Notes under the pieces: generated by a model | Database searches by the model: none | What the model was told of the DNA's origin: nothing | What the model saw: the letters and a program-made list of their open reading frames with translations, nothing else | From: an uncultured Lachnospira sp. | Lineage (GTDB): Bacteria > Bacillota > Clostridia > Lachnospirales > Lachnospiraceae | NCBI GenBank assembly: GCA_937902625.1 | Contig: CALELX010000169.1 | Coordinates: forward strand, 1,829 to 65,828 | DNA: 64,000 nucleotides | Direction: 5' to 3' | Shown: piece after piece, positions 1 through 11,008 of the stretch | Position numbering within the stretch: position 1 is the first letter of the stretch | How the letters are laid out: each line of letters opens with the position of its first letter | Made by a program: the position numbers and the translations under genes

Positions 1-274
1 ACACATATGTTATGGTGCATTCAATATAATAAATAATTAATTATAATTCTAATCATCCTTGACTAAAATGTTATCTGGGAACCGATACTGATATATGTAT
101 CTTAGATTTCTCGTCTATTATACAATATTTTTTTCAGAAATGAAAGACTTATATTGATGATATTTTTAGCTTGTGCTATTATAAGGTTATCAGGGGTTAT
201 ATCCCCGCCTTTTATGGCGCAATTTTTGATGTTTTATTATAATCTATCTATATAATGAAAGGAACACATATATC

Positions 275-1426
275 ATGACTAATGCAGAAAAAGCTTTACA
301 GCTTCATGAAGAATGGAACGGAAAGTTCGAAACAACTCCTAAGATGAGTATCACTACAAGAGAAGATCTTGCTCTTGCCTATACACCTGGTGTAGCTGAA
401 CCTTGCAAGGTTATTGCCAAGGATAAGGAGGCTGCTTACAAATATACTATCAAAGCAAACACTATCGCTGTTGTATCTGACGGAAGTGCTGTACTTGGAC
501 TTGGTAACATAGGTGCTCATGCAGCTATGCCTGTTATGGAAGGAAAAGCCGTTTTATTTAAATCATTTGGTGGAGTTAACGCCATACCTATATGTCTTGA
601 TACACAGGACACAGAGGAAATCATCAAAACAGTTGTTAATATAGCTCCTGCATTTGGTGGAATCAACCTTGAAGATATATCTGCTCCACGATGCTTCGAA
701 ATAGAATCAAGATTAAAAGAACTTCTTGATATACCTGTATTCCATGATGACCAGCATGGTACTGCAATCGTTGTACTTGCCGGTATTATCAACGGACTTA
801 AGGTTACAGGTAAAACAAAAGAAGAATGTAAAGTAGTAGTAAATGGTGCGGGTTCAGCAGGTGTTGCCATCACTAAGCTTCTTCTTACTTATGGTTTTAA
901 GAATGTAACAATGTGTGATAAATCTGGTATCCTTTCTAAAAAGAGTGAAGGTCTTAACTGGATGCAGGAATCTATGATGGATGTAACTAACCTTGAGGGA
1001 AAGACTGGTTCACTTGCTGATGCATTAGCTGGTGCCGATGTTTTTGTAGGTGTTTCTGCACCTAACATAGTAACAGCCGATATGGTTAAGACTATGAATA
1101 AGGATGCCATAATATTTGCCATGGCAAATCCTGTACCAGAGATTATGCCTGATGTTGCCAAAGCCGCAGGTGCAAGAGTTGTGGGAACAGGCCGCTCAGA
1201 TTTTCCTAATCAGGTCAACAATGTAATAGCTTTCCCTGGTATATTTAAGGGAGCATTAGAAGGCCGTGCTACACAGATAACAGAGGAAATGAAGCTTGCT
1301 GCTGCCCTTGCTATTGCTAATCTCATACCTGATTCAGAGCTTTCTGATACTAATATTCTTCCAGAAGCCTTTGATCCTCAGGTAACAAACGTTGTAGCCA
1401 AGGCAGTTATGGATCATATAAAGTAA
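275..1426 (+). CDS. NAD(P)-dependent malic enzyme
   Basis: 383 aa with LAYTPGVAEPC, GINLEDI, FHDDQHGTA, GAGSAG and TGRSDFPNQVNN malic-enzyme motifs; AAGGA SD. Confidence 0.95.
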   Translation: MTNAEKALQLHEEWNGKFETTPKMSITTREDLALAYTPGVAEPCKVIAKDKEAAYKYTIKANTIAVVSDGSAVLGLGNIGAHAAMPVMEGKAVLFKSFGGVNAIPICLDTQDTEEIIKTVVNIAPAFGGINLEDISAPRCFEIESRLKELLDIPVFHDDQHGTAIVVLAGIINGLKVTGKTKEECKVVVNGAGSAGVAITKLLLTYGFKNVTMCDKSGILSKKSEGLNWMQESMMDVTNLEGKTGSLADALAGADVFVGVSAPNIVTADMVKTMNKDAIIFAMANPVPEIMPDVAKAAGARVVGTGRSDFPNQVNNVIAFPGIFKGALEGRATQITEEMKLAAALAIANLIPDSELSDTNILPEAFDPQVTNVVAKAVMDHIK

Positions 1427-2352
1427 TGCTGCCATACTATTATTCACTTAATGAATATCTTAAAAAAGAATATGGTCACAAGTTATATAAATTAGCCCTG
1501 AACGGTGGTATGTCATGCCCTAACCGTGATGGGCTAATTGATACGAGAGGATGTATATTCTGCAGTGCAGGCGGTTCAGGTGAATTCGCAGGTGGCAGAT
1601 CAGAAGCTTCGCTTAAGCTCTCTGTAGATGAACAGATCACAGAAGCTAAGAAGCTTATCGCTGCCAAGTATAGCGGTGGACATTATATTGCCTACTTCCA
1701 GTCATTCACCAACACATATGCAGACACCGACTATCTTCGTAAACTTTATATGCCAGTTATATCAAGAGACGACATTGATATTCTGTCAATAGCAACAAGA
1801 CCGGATTGCATAAACGATGATACTTTAGAACTTTTATCCAGACTTGCAGCTATCAAGCCAGTCTGGGTAGAACTTGGACTTCAGACCATACATGAGAAAA
1901 CTACTGATTATATAAGAAGGGGATATTCTCTTGACATTTATGATGATTGTGTAAACAGACTAATAAACATAGGAATTCGTCCTATTGTACACATGATAGT
2001 GGGGCTTCCTGGGGAAAGTACGTCTGATATATTAGGAACTGCTGATTATATCGCGCATAGCGGTGCATGGGGAATTAAGATCCAGCTTCTACACATTTTA
2101 AAAGGAACAGACCTTTATACTGACTATATTAATGGTGGCTTTAAAGCACTTGAATTAAATGAATACATTGATATTGTAGGACAGATAATACCACGTCTGC
2201 CCAAAGACATGGTTGTCCATCGTATAACAGGTGATGGGCCTAAGTCTATACTTGAAGCTCCTATGTGGAGTGCTAATAAGAAGATGGTTTTAAACACTCT
2301 TAACCAGTATTTTAAAGATAATAATATCTACCAAGGACGGAATTATACATGA
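1426..2352 (+). CDS. Radical SAM protein, TIGR01212 (YhcC/YtqA) family
   Basis: Family-typical split cysteine motif CPNRDG...GCIFCS, YFQSFTNTY, TRPDC, ELGLQT; start overlaps upstream stop (TAATG). Confidence 0.9.
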   Translation: MLPYYYSLNEYLKKEYGHKLYKLALNGGMSCPNRDGLIDTRGCIFCSAGGSGEFAGGRSEASLKLSVDEQITEAKKLIAAKYSGGHYIAYFQSFTNTYADTDYLRKLYMPVISRDDIDILSIATRPDCINDDTLELLSRLAAIKPVWVELGLQTIHEKTTDYIRRGYSLDIYDDCVNRLINIGIRPIVHMIVGLPGESTSDILGTADYIAHSGAWGIKIQLLHILKGTDLYTDYINGGFKALELNEYIDIVGQIIPRLPKDMVVHRITGDGPKSILEAPMWSANKKMVLNTLNQYFKDNNIYQGRNYT

Positions 2353-2864
2353 ACACTGATTCGACAACTTTATACAAGCTTATGATTCTGTATATGTTAA
2401 GCAAAGTGAATTTTCCACTTTCCAACGTACAGATATCTACTTTCATGCTTGATAATGAATATACTAATTATTTTACATTTCAGGAGACAATCAACTCACT
2501 TGTTGAGGACTCTTTCATACAGCAGATGAACTATGAAAACAGCACACAGTATAAGCTCACCCAGGAGGGTGAAGATACTGTAGCGTTTTTCTACACTAAG
2601 ATATCCCAGACTATCCGGGAAGAAATCGACAGCTACCTTGCCAAGAACAAGTATGAACTCAAATGCGAAGTTGGAACTACATCTGACTACTACCGCACCA
2701 CTAACGGTTCTTATATTGCACATCTTATGGTTAAAGAAGGGAACAGTAACCTCATTGAATTAAGCCTTGATGTTCCACTTGAGGAACAGGCTAAAGAAAT
2801 GTGCAGCAAATGGAAAGACTCAAGCCAGGATATATATGATTTTATAATGCAGAGCCTGATGTAA
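2349..2864 (+). CDS. DUF4364-like conserved Clostridia protein (winged-helix-like N-terminus)
   Basis: LYKLMILYML...YTNYFTFQETI pattern; ATGA overlap with upstream gene. Confidence 0.7.
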   Translation: MNTDSTTLYKLMILYMLSKVNFPLSNVQISTFMLDNEYTNYFTFQETINSLVEDSFIQQMNYENSTQYKLTQEGEDTVAFFYTKISQTIREEIDSYLAKNKYELKCEVGTTSDYYRTTNGSYIAHLMVKEGNSNLIELSLDVPLEEQAKEMCSKWKDSSQDIYDFIMQSLM

Positions 2865-2997
2865 CTATTATGTAATATGTTTAATGCATCAACTCTGCTT
2901 TAGTAGACATAAAGTATATATATTTTAACCAATGTACTATCTAATTGTTATATCATTTGGATATATATAATGGCTATTAAAACGCAATGGAGAATAT

Positions 2998-4242
2998 ATG
3001 AAGAATTTACTTTTTCTTAGTTCCAAAGATATATGTTATAGTTCAACAAAATATTTTGAAAACAGAATATCGGATGAATTAACCACAATGGGAATTCATG
3101 TTACACATATAAAAGTACCTGGGGCTTCTGATATGGCTTATTCCATATTGAAGCCTTATTTTGATGCTGATTATGATGCAGTTATCGATATCAACACCCG
3201 TATACCAGCTATGATATATAACAATAATTACTTACTTGACTATTTCAATATTCCAGTATGGCATTATATACTGGATCACCCTTTATATCATTATGAGGCA
3301 CTCAATGCCTGTATACATAATTATCATATAATATGCCTTGATATGAACCACGCAGAGCTTATTAAGGGAAGTTTTCCACATATAAAAAGTGTACATGTTT
3401 TACCTGTTGCTGCTGACTGCTGCATAACTTATGACAATCATCCCCAGATATTAAAAACTAAACCACCTGTTTATACCTCTGATGAAATCATGTCAGATTA
3501 CTTTAAACGGCAGGACAAACTGATATTTACTGGAACATACACGGATCCCGTTAAAACATCTTTACTGTACAGCACTAAAAACGCAATAGACAATCATCCT
3601 CTTTTTACCACACTTATTGATAAGCCGTGGCTTACCCAGGAAGCTGCTGTTAAGCTGCTGATTGATAATAATATATTGAGCAGGAATACAAGACCTGTTG
3701 AATATCTGTACAATAATTTTCTTGTAGATGTATTTCTTCAGGCTGTTATACGTGAAGAAATAATAACCCAGATAATAAAAAATCATATAGACATAATAAT
3801 ATATGGTCACGGATGGGATGCATTTGCTGACAAATGCGATATCCTTTCACCTGATATAACCAAATATATACACATAAGACCTGAAGTATCATATGAAGCT
3901 TTGCCGGCTATATACACATCTGCACAAATATCTATCAATCAGATGCCATGGTTTAAATATGGCATACATGACCGCATACCTCTATCGCTTATGAACAGGT
4001 GCCTATGCCTGTCAGACACAAGTGATTATGTTACAGATGTGTTAAATATCCAATCTGGATATGGCATACATACATACTCTCTTGAGGCTCTTGATCTGAT
4101 ACCTGATAAAATACTGTCACTTTCAACACTTATAAAACATAAAGACGAATCTGTTATTCATGAGCTTAGCAATGGATATGATTATGCATGCAATAATTTC
4201 ACATGGGAAAAATGGGTCAGTTCATGGCTTAGGCTATGCTGA
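2998..4242 (+). CDS. Putative GT-B glycosyltransferase (CgeB-like)
   Basis: 414 aa; LDHP, FTGTY, IYGHGW and INQMPWFKYGIHDR motifs seen in CgeB-like glycosyltransferases. Confidence 0.65.
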   Translation: MKNLLFLSSKDICYSSTKYFENRISDELTTMGIHVTHIKVPGASDMAYSILKPYFDADYDAVIDINTRIPAMIYNNNYLLDYFNIPVWHYILDHPLYHYEALNACIHNYHIICLDMNHAELIKGSFPHIKSVHVLPVAADCCITYDNHPQILKTKPPVYTSDEIMSDYFKRQDKLIFTGTYTDPVKTSLLYSTKNAIDNHPLFTTLIDKPWLTQEAAVKLLIDNNILSRNTRPVEYLYNNFLVDVFLQAVIREEIITQIIKNHIDIIIYGHGWDAFADKCDILSPDITKYIHIRPEVSYEALPAIYTSAQISINQMPWFKYGIHDRIPLSLMNRCLCLSDTSDYVTDVLNIQSGYGIHTYSLEALDLIPDKILSLSTLIKHKDESVIHELSNGYDYACNNFTWEKWVSSWLRLC

Positions 4243-4318
4243 TAACATTACCTTTTAATACTGGTTAAAGTATCAGAAAACCCTTCATACCTGCACCATA
4301 AGACACTTTTAATATAAA

Positions 4319-4364
4319 AAACATCACTTAATATACGATATTAATCATATATCAAGTGATGTTT
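4319..4364. terminator. Hairpin between convergent genes, probable bidirectional terminator
   Basis: AACATCACTT...AAGTGATGTT inverted repeat flanked by A/T tracts. Confidence 0.55.
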
Positions 4365-4514
4365 CAAGCATTGTCCTGTTTTATGCTGTATCCATATTAT
4401 GCTTATTACTGCTTATACATACAAAACATTTATTCACTATAAACATTCTATACCTTTAAACGTTTCCACATATCTGTGATACAGTTAACATTATAAGTCC
4501 GATTTAAGGGGTTG

Positions 4515-4727
4515 TTAGTTGCCCTGTGACATCTGCTCTTCCTGTCTCTTAATCATCTTCTTGACCATATTACCACCTACAGAACCTGCCTCAGCGGAAG
4601 TAAGATCTCCATTGTAGCCTTCCTTTAAGTTAACACCGATCTCTGATGCTACTTCCATCTTGAATCTGTCGAGCGCATCCTGTGCATTCTTTTTAGTCTT
4701 TGATGAAGTTGAACTTGAATTAGCCAT
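4515..4727 (-). CDS. Alpha/beta-type small acid-soluble spore protein
   Basis: ALDRFKMEVASEIGV...GDLTSAEAGSVGGNMVKKMI signature including the GPR cleavage site EVASE; GGAGG SD. Confidence 0.95.
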   Translation of the reverse strand: MANSSSTSSKTKKNAQDALDRFKMEVASEIGVNLKEGYNGDLTSAEAGSVGGNMVKKMIKRQEEQMSQGN

Positions 4728-4912
4728 AATAAACCTCCGTCCTTACGCCTTATGACGTATTATTGTTATTAGATAAGCTTTATTGCTTATCCTGGTATTA
4801 TTATGTGTAATCCTTATTATATTATTATGGTAAGTTATGGAAGCATAAAATATACCTGCAACGGTTTTTATTTAAAGCTAAATTAAAACCAGAATCTTAA
4901 GCCAAATTAAAT

Positions 4913-6007
4913 TCATGGCAGATAACGTTCTAATATCTTAAACCCATCAAATATAACATACCACCGGTTGCCAGCAGCAGCCATAACGGTTATATATTCT
5001 TTGCCATTCTTCTCTGCAGAATTAACAAGACAATTGTGTGCCTGATCTGTATATCCTGTCTTACCAGCCTTGATACTTACCCCTTCAACTTCATTGCCAT
5101 ACATTCTTGAAAACATCGTACTTGTTAACAATATTCCCTCCGGATGTTGTGGCGTTGCCTCAGTAGTATGCTGATAAGTGCTAAGAATCTTAACACACTC
5201 CTCATTACTCATAGCATACTTCATAATAAGAGCCATCTCTGCTGGTGTTGTATACTGATTCTCATCATGAAGTCCTGATGGATTACAGAAATGCGTATTC
5301 TTTAATCCTAATTCTTCGCATTTTTTATTCATAAGCTCAACAAACGCTTCTTCTGAACCAGCCGTAAGCTTCGCTATTCCATATGCTGCATCTGCTCCTG
5401 ATGGAAGAATCAATCCATATAAAAGGTCGCTTGCCTTAACCTCTTCATCAACACTGAATCCTGCCACTGAGGCCTGCTGTACATACAGATAGTTCAATTC
5501 ATCAAACCCGAATTTATAAGTTTCATTAAGATCTGTTATGTTCTCAACTGCTATGATCAGTGTCATCACCTTTGTCATTGATGCCGGATATATTCTTGTA
5601 TTAAGCTGTTTTCCAGCTATAAATTCATTATCAGTAACATCTAAAAGTGCTATATAAGGTGATTGTATATCCGTATCTGATATCTCTTTGTATGAAACTG
5701 ACTTGAGTGCATACTTAAATTCTGGTTTCTCCTGCACAACAGTTATTACATCATCATAATCCCCCATATCCGCAAGTACTGCATTCTGCTTTAACTCTCT
5801 TTGTGCATGAATATCGGGAATTATATGTCTGGCAAACTGGATAATTAATACTGTCAATGCAACAAATATAACACAACTCAATATATTTCTTTTAATACGA
5901 CGCAGCTGTGCCTGTCTTTTTCTTTTTAATCTTGCTGCCTTTTTCTTTCTCTCTTCATTTGCTCTGATTACTTCATCGTAATCATCATAATCATAATACT
6001 CACTCAT
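4913..6007 (-). CDS. D-alanyl-D-alanine carboxypeptidase (peptidase S11) with N-terminal membrane anchor
   Basis: PASMTK (SxxK), SGAD at the SxN position, NPSGL, KTG motif. Confidence 0.9.
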   Translation of the reverse strand: MSEYYDYDDYDEVIRANEERKKKAARLKRKRQAQLRRIKRNILSCVIFVALTVLIIQFARHIIPDIHAQRELKQNAVLADMGDYDDVITVVQEKPEFKYALKSVSYKEISDTDIQSPYIALLDVTDNEFIAGKQLNTRIYPASMTKVMTLIIAVENITDLNETYKFGFDELNYLYVQQASVAGFSVDEEVKASDLLYGLILPSGADAAYGIAKLTAGSEEAFVELMNKKCEELGLKNTHFCNPSGLHDENQYTTPAEMALIMKYAMSNEECVKILSTYQHTTEATPQHPEGILLTSTMFSRMYGNEVEGVSIKAGKTGYTDQAHNCLVNSAEKNGKEYITVMAAAGNRWYVIFDGFKILERYLP

Positions 6008-6034
6008 ATCTATGCCCTTACTCCCGAATCAACA

Positions 6035-6589
6035 TTATGGATTAACATACTGTGTACTATGGGCAAGCCTGTCAGCTTCCTGCTCACCTGATATAAGTCT
6101 TACAAGCTCAAGTCCCAGATCTATAGAAGTTCCCATTCCTCTTGATGTTGTGATGTTACCATCCGTTACTACTCTCTCATCTGGTGATGCTAAAACAGCG
6201 CCTTCTAACATACTTTCAAATCCTGGAAAACAGGTTGCTCTCTTTCCTGCAAGTATGTTAAGCCTGCCAAGAATGCTTGGTGCTGCACATATAGCAGCTA
6301 TTCTTCCATGCTGTTTATTGTGGCTTACAAGCATATCCATAAGGACATTGCAATTGTAATATGACTTGTGTCCAGGACCTCCCGGAATAAATATAACATC
6401 TTCCTTATCACAACTTATATCTGTTATAAGTTCATCTGTCTCAACTTTAATATTCTGAGCACTCTCAACTAACCTGTTACCAGTGATTGACACTGTTACA
6501 ACCTTGATATCTGCTCTTCTTAATATATCTATAACTGCTAATGCTTCAACTGTTTCAAAACCATCTGTAAGAAATGCTAACACTTTCAT
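6035..6589 (-). CDS. DJ-1/PfpI (ThiJ/YajL) family protein
   Basis: GFETVEA, IPGG, AAICAAP, TSRGMGT motifs. Confidence 0.92.
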   Translation of the reverse strand: MKVLAFLTDGFETVEALAVIDILRRADIKVVTVSITGNRLVESAQNIKVETDELITDISCDKEDVIFIPGGPGHKSYYNCNVLMDMLVSHNKQHGRIAAICAAPSILGRLNILAGKRATCFPGFESMLEGAVLASPDERVVTDGNITTSRGMGTSIDLGLELVRLISGEQEADRLAHSTQYVNP

Positions 6590-6892
6590 TGATGTATCCT
6601 CTTTCTTAATTATATTCTTATTTATTATGTTTTGATATTTTCTTTTTTTTATTTTCTTTTATCATTTGTTTGTTATTAATTTGTCGTTGTCAATTTTATT
6701 ATTATGATGTCAGGAGCAAAATTACCCGACTTTTACACTTTATCTAGTATTTTACCACTTTTATCAATAATAATCCATATAAAAACCTTTTATTTACAGT
6801 TATTTATGGTTATTTCATCAGACTAGAAACTGATTTATATACAATCTGTTTCATATATCATAATTTGTATAATCTTAATTTATAAGGATGAA

Positions 6893-7090
6893 AGTGTCAA
6901 AAGTATAAAAAGTCGTTTCTGCTTGCAGAAAAAGACTTGTTTACTTGAGACACGCTAAACACCGAAAACAGAATAAAATGCCGTAAATACAGCATTTTAT
7001 GGGAGTTTGAGGTGTTTAAGTATTGCGTGAATTGCGTAGCAATGTAGCAATCCTATACATCAGTGAGTGGCAAAATTTACTTTTGACACT
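6893..7090. mobile_element. MITE-like element, 198 bp, 13-bp perfect terminal inverted repeats
   Basis: AGTGTCAAAAGTA (6893-6905) / TACTTTTGACACT (7078-7090); internal hairpin ATAAAATGC/GCATTTTAT; related shorter copy at 10832-10928. Confidence 0.7.
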
Positions 7091-7239
7091 CACATCTTAT
7101 AATAACCTAAATCATAGATTATTCATCTATATAAAAAAATCTTTACATAACATTTCAACATTTTCTAAATTATATCTTGTAGTATTTAATACTATGTGTT
7201 ATCATATACAAAGAAATTTTACTTTCGTTGGAGGCAGAT

Positions 7240-8133
7240 ATGTTTAAACTTATAAGTGATACTTCATGTGACTGGATTAAAGACTATGCAGACGAACATG
7301 ATGTTACATTAGTTCCTTTATATACAACATTTGACGGACATACTTACTATAAAGAGCAGTTTGAAATCAGCTATGATGAATTCTACAGAAAAATGACAAA
7401 TGAGAATGCTTTTCCCAAATCTTCTCTCCCATCTATACAGGATTATGTTGATGCGTTCATGCCATCAGTTGAAGCTGGTATCCCTATAATATGCTGCTGT
7501 ATCACAACATATTTCTCAGGCTCATATAATTCTGCCTGCTCAGCTAAAGACTTGATTCTTGAAGATCATCCTGATGCTAAGATTACTGTCATTAATTCTT
7601 TGCAGAATTCAGCATCGATGTCTCTTTTTGTATATGAAGCCATGTGTATGAGAGATGCCGGATACTCTTATGAAGATACTGTTAAGAAGCTTGAAGCCTT
7701 AAGACCATACGGCAGAATCATATTCACAACAGAATCTCTTGATTATCTCACAAAGGGTGGACGTCTTGTTAAGACTGCTGCCATGATTACAAGTAAGTTA
7801 AGCTTACGTCCTATCATTATCATGAAGGGTGGAGAGATAGGCGTTGGCGGCTTTTTCAGAACAAGAAAGAAAGCCAAAGCAAAGGTTATTGACCTTTTAT
7901 GCAAACATTTCGAAGAACCTGGCGTGGATATCAATGATTATGATATCACTGTAGGTTACTGTACTAATCCTGAAGAAGCAGAAGAATTCCGTGCGGAGGT
8001 AGAAGAAGCCATAAAGACCAAGCTGCTTGAATCCGGCGTAGAATTCAAGACACGTATTGGTGTTGTAACTGCATGCCACACAGGTCCTACAGCTCTCGGA
8101 GCTGCTCTCATGCCCAAGTTTGACCATATCTAA
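7240..8133 (+). CDS. DegV family fatty-acid-binding protein
   Basis: SDTSCD, PKSSLPS, SGSYNSA, YLTKGGR, CHTGP motifs; GGAGG SD favours ATG 7240. Confidence 0.92.
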   Translation: MFKLISDTSCDWIKDYADEHDVTLVPLYTTFDGHTYYKEQFEISYDEFYRKMTNENAFPKSSLPSIQDYVDAFMPSVEAGIPIICCCITTYFSGSYNSACSAKDLILEDHPDAKITVINSLQNSASMSLFVYEAMCMRDAGYSYEDTVKKLEALRPYGRIIFTTESLDYLTKGGRLVKTAAMITSKLSLRPIIIMKGGEIGVGGFFRTRKKAKAKVIDLLCKHFEEPGVDINDYDITVGYCTNPEEAEEFRAEVEEAIKTKLLESGVEFKTRIGVVTACHTGPTALGAALMPKFDHI

Positions 8134-8148
8134 TAATTTTAAATATAT

Positions 8149-8191
8149 AAAAACATCTGCGTAAATAGCTGTTATTCACGCAGATGTTTTT
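8149..8191. terminator. Bidirectional intrinsic terminator
   Basis: AAAAACATCTGCGT...ACGCAGATGTTTTT stem between convergent degV and dapL. Confidence 0.8.
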
Positions 8192-8441
8192 ATTTATACT
8201 TTATTCTTATGTACTTTACACGCATTCCATGCATTTATTATGCTATATCTTCTTTATATTATTTCAAGAAAATCGTTAAGCTTAGCAGAAAGTTCTTCTG
8301 CTGACAGATTCTTTTCTATAATATCTATAATAACAGCAAATTCATCTCTGCCTATTCTTCCGGCAACACCACAATCCTTAAACTTTTCCTTTAAAATACA
8401 TACAACTTTCTTAAGCTTATCATTAATCTTATCACGCCTGA

Positions 8442-9656
8442 TTATAATGCTTTAATCCTATCAAGCGCCTTAACTGTATTCTCATATGAGCCAAATGCAG
8501 TCAGTCTGAAGTATCCCTCACCACTTGGTCCAAAGCCTGAACCTGGAGTACCTACTACATTAGCCTTTTCAAGAAGATAATCAAAGAATTCCCATGAAGT
8601 CATCTTATCAGGAGTCTTTAACCAGATATATGGTGCATTGACACCACCAGATACAGTATAACCAGCTGACTTTAAGCCCTCAAGAATTGTCTTTGCATTG
8701 TTCATATAATATGCAATCTGTTCACCTGTCTGCTTCTGTCCTGCTTCTGTATATACAGCCTCTCCTGCTCTCTGTATGATATATGGTGCGCCATTAAACT
8801 TAGTACCATGTCTTCTAGCCCAGAGACTGTGAAGCATAACGTCACCACTCTTAAGATCCTTAGGAACAACTGTAAAACCAAGTCTTGTTCCTGTGAAACC
8901 TGCGTTCTTGGAGAATGAACGAAGCTCTATTGCACATGTTCTTGCACCATCACATTCATATATAGTATGTGGTACATTATCTTCTGATATGTATGCTTCA
9001 TAAGCAGCATCGTATATAATAACTGCTCCTACCTTGTTAGCATAGTCTACCCACTTCTGAAGCTCATCCTTTGTTATAGTAGAACCTGTTGGGTTATTAG
9101 GGAAACACAGATATATGATATCAGGAGTTTCCTTAGGAAGCTCTGGTGCAAAGTTAGTTTCAGCTGTACAAGGCATATATATAACATTGCTCCATTTCTG
9201 CTGTTCAGGAATGTAATCTCCTGTTCTTCCTGCCATGGCATTAGTATCTACATATACAGGATACACTGGATCACATACAGCTATTTTATTGTCAACTGAG
9301 AAGATGTCTCCGATATTACCTGAATCCGACTTGGCTCCATCACTTACAAATATCTCGTCAGCAGATATATCTGCGCCTCTCTTCTTATAGTCATGCTCTA
9401 CAATAGCATTTCTTAAGAACTCATAACCAAGATCTGGTGCATATCCATGGAATGTTTCTGCATGCCCCATCTCATCAACTGCTTTATGTAATGAATCTAT
9501 AACTACCGGTGCAAGTGGAAGTGTAACATCTCCTATACCAAGACGTATGATTTCCTTATCAGGGTTAGCTGCACTATAAGCATTAACCTTTTTAGCAATA
9601 GTAGAAAACAGATAACTTCCTGGAAGCTTTAAATAATTCTCGTTAATCTTAAACAT
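8442..9656 (-). CDS. dapL: LL-diaminopimelate aminotransferase
   Basis: [37 protein letters not shown] (PLP lysine), TPGSGFG. Confidence 0.95.
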   Translation of the reverse strand: MFKINENYLKLPGSYLFSTIAKKVNAYSAANPDKEIIRLGIGDVTLPLAPVVIDSLHKAVDEMGHAETFHGYAPDLGYEFLRNAIVEHDYKKRGADISADEIFVSDGAKSDSGNIGDIFSVDNKIAVCDPVYPVYVDTNAMAGRTGDYIPEQQKWSNVIYMPCTAETNFAPELPKETPDIIYLCFPNNPTGSTITKDELQKWVDYANKVGAVIIYDAAYEAYISEDNVPHTIYECDGARTCAIELRSFSKNAGFTGTRLGFTVVPKDLKSGDVMLHSLWARRHGTKFNGAPYIIQRAGEAVYTEAGQKQTGEQIAYYMNNAKTILEGLKSAGYTVSGGVNAPYIWLKTPDKMTSWEFFDYLLEKANVVGTPGSGFGPSGEGYFRLTAFGSYENTVKALDRIKAL

Positions 9657-9894
9657 TCTTCTCTCTCCTTATCATAGTAACTTTAGGATGCTGCCGCATA
9701 ATATCTTAATCGCACATGTAATACATGAATTATATGATATGGAAATATAACTTATAATTCAGATTAAATGTTTACGTAAATGTTATTAATTATATATACA
9801 TAAAACATCCGTGCATATTATACACCACCATTTACATAACAACAATAAAAACAGCAACAAACCTAACAATATAAACTTTATTGCCAGATTTGTG

Positions 9895-10395
9895 CTATGT
9901 CCCAAGATAAAATCTTAATAATCTTTCATATTCTTCATTAATAGCAAGTACAAGGTCATTATCCCCATTCGTATTATCCGGATGATATATTTTTAACAAC
10001 GACCTGTAACGTTTTTTAACAGATTCCGTATCGTTAACACCGCGGAAAAATATTTTTACATTCTCCGCATTAGACATACTTCTCCTTGCTTCACGGTATA
10101 CCTTATCACGATACATAAGCTTTTCCCTGTTAAACTTTTCCTTGTCAAGTGCTAACTGTCTTGTTTCTCTTTCAAGTATTTCCCACTTCTGGTCAAATAA
10201 TATCCGCTGGCTTTCAAGCTGTTTTTGCAGCAGCTGGTTCTTTTTTTGCTGATTGCGCAGCATTCCCTTCTGTATATCTATGAGTTCCCTGTCAGCCTCA
10301 AGTTCATCTTTAAGCTCATTTAATCTGACATTCTCTTTGAAAAGATATTTTTTCTGCTGTTTTTCATCAAGCTCTGCGAATCTTCTCTCTTCCAT
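9895..10395 (-). CDS. Coiled-coil protein with C-terminal J-domain-like segment
   Basis: KKRYRSLLKIYHPDN...INEEYERL (HPD motif); heptad-rich N-terminus. Confidence 0.75.
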   Translation of the reverse strand: MEERRFAELDEKQQKKYLFKENVRLNELKDELEADRELIDIQKGMLRNQQKKNQLLQKQLESQRILFDQKWEILERETRQLALDKEKFNREKLMYRDKVYREARRSMSNAENVKIFFRGVNDTESVKKRYRSLLKIYHPDNTNGDNDLVLAINEEYERLLRFYLGT

Positions 10396-10416
10396 ATAAA
10401 ATCCTCTCTACCGTAG

Positions 10417-10752
10417 TCACTTGGCACTGTGGAACCAGAATACCTTGACTGGTTCACAGCCTTCTTTAGTTCTTATAGTATGAGCCACACCTGGTAACGC
10501 CACAAATGAATCACCCTTTTTAATAGGAAAAACCAGGTCATCGAGTCTGGCATAACCTTCTCCTTCTAACACAAAGAATCCTTCCTGGTCTTCATGAACT
10601 CCTGGTTTATCCGAGAATTTAGTTGAAGCGTATATGGTTGTTCCTGATGCACAGCCATTCGTGCATCCGTTTTTATCTGTAAGGAATCTGTGTGTCCTGC
10701 TGTCTGCGCCCTGTGTTTTAATAACCTCTTCCATTGTTATATATGGTTTCAT
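10417..10752 (-). CDS. Cupin domain protein
   Basis: HEDQEGFFVLEGEG and GDSFVALPGVAH cupin motifs; AGGAGG SD. Confidence 0.88.
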   Translation of the reverse strand: MKPYITMEEVIKTQGADSRTHRFLTDKNGCTNGCASGTTIYASTKFSDKPGVHEDQEGFFVLEGEGYARLDDLVFPIKKGDSFVALPGVAHTIRTKEGCEPVKVFWFHSAK

Positions 10753-10831
10753 AAGCCTTATTAAACCTCCTGGTTGTATTGATTATTATCTATCCTGTAC
10801 TCACAAGATATCTTAATATAATATTATGTAT

Positions 10832-10928
10832 GTGTCAAAAGTATAAAATGCGTTTAAGGATTGTGAAAACTGCATAGCAATTGAACAATCCTGATACATC
10901 AGTGAGTTATAAAATTAACTTTTAACAC
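10832..10928. mobile_element. Internally deleted copy (97 bp) of the 6893-7090 MITE-like element
   Basis: GTGTCAAAAGT / ACTTTTAACAC ends; shares GTTTAAG.ATTG, TAGCAAT, CAATCCT and ATACATCAGTGAGT with the longer copy. Confidence 0.65.
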
Positions 10929-11008
10929 TTACATTATAATATTGAATACACAAAAAGGGACCAACTTTACATTGATCCCCCGCTTTATTAAATATAAATA
11001 TCACTTAA

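Noticed and set aside
4799..4855. SigG promoter for the SASP gene
   Set aside because: CATAATA -10-like boxes exist, but I found no -35 at the expected spacing, so it is not called.
9657..9894. Lysine riboswitch upstream of dapL
   Set aside because: AT-rich, with no recognisable L-box conserved elements or terminator.
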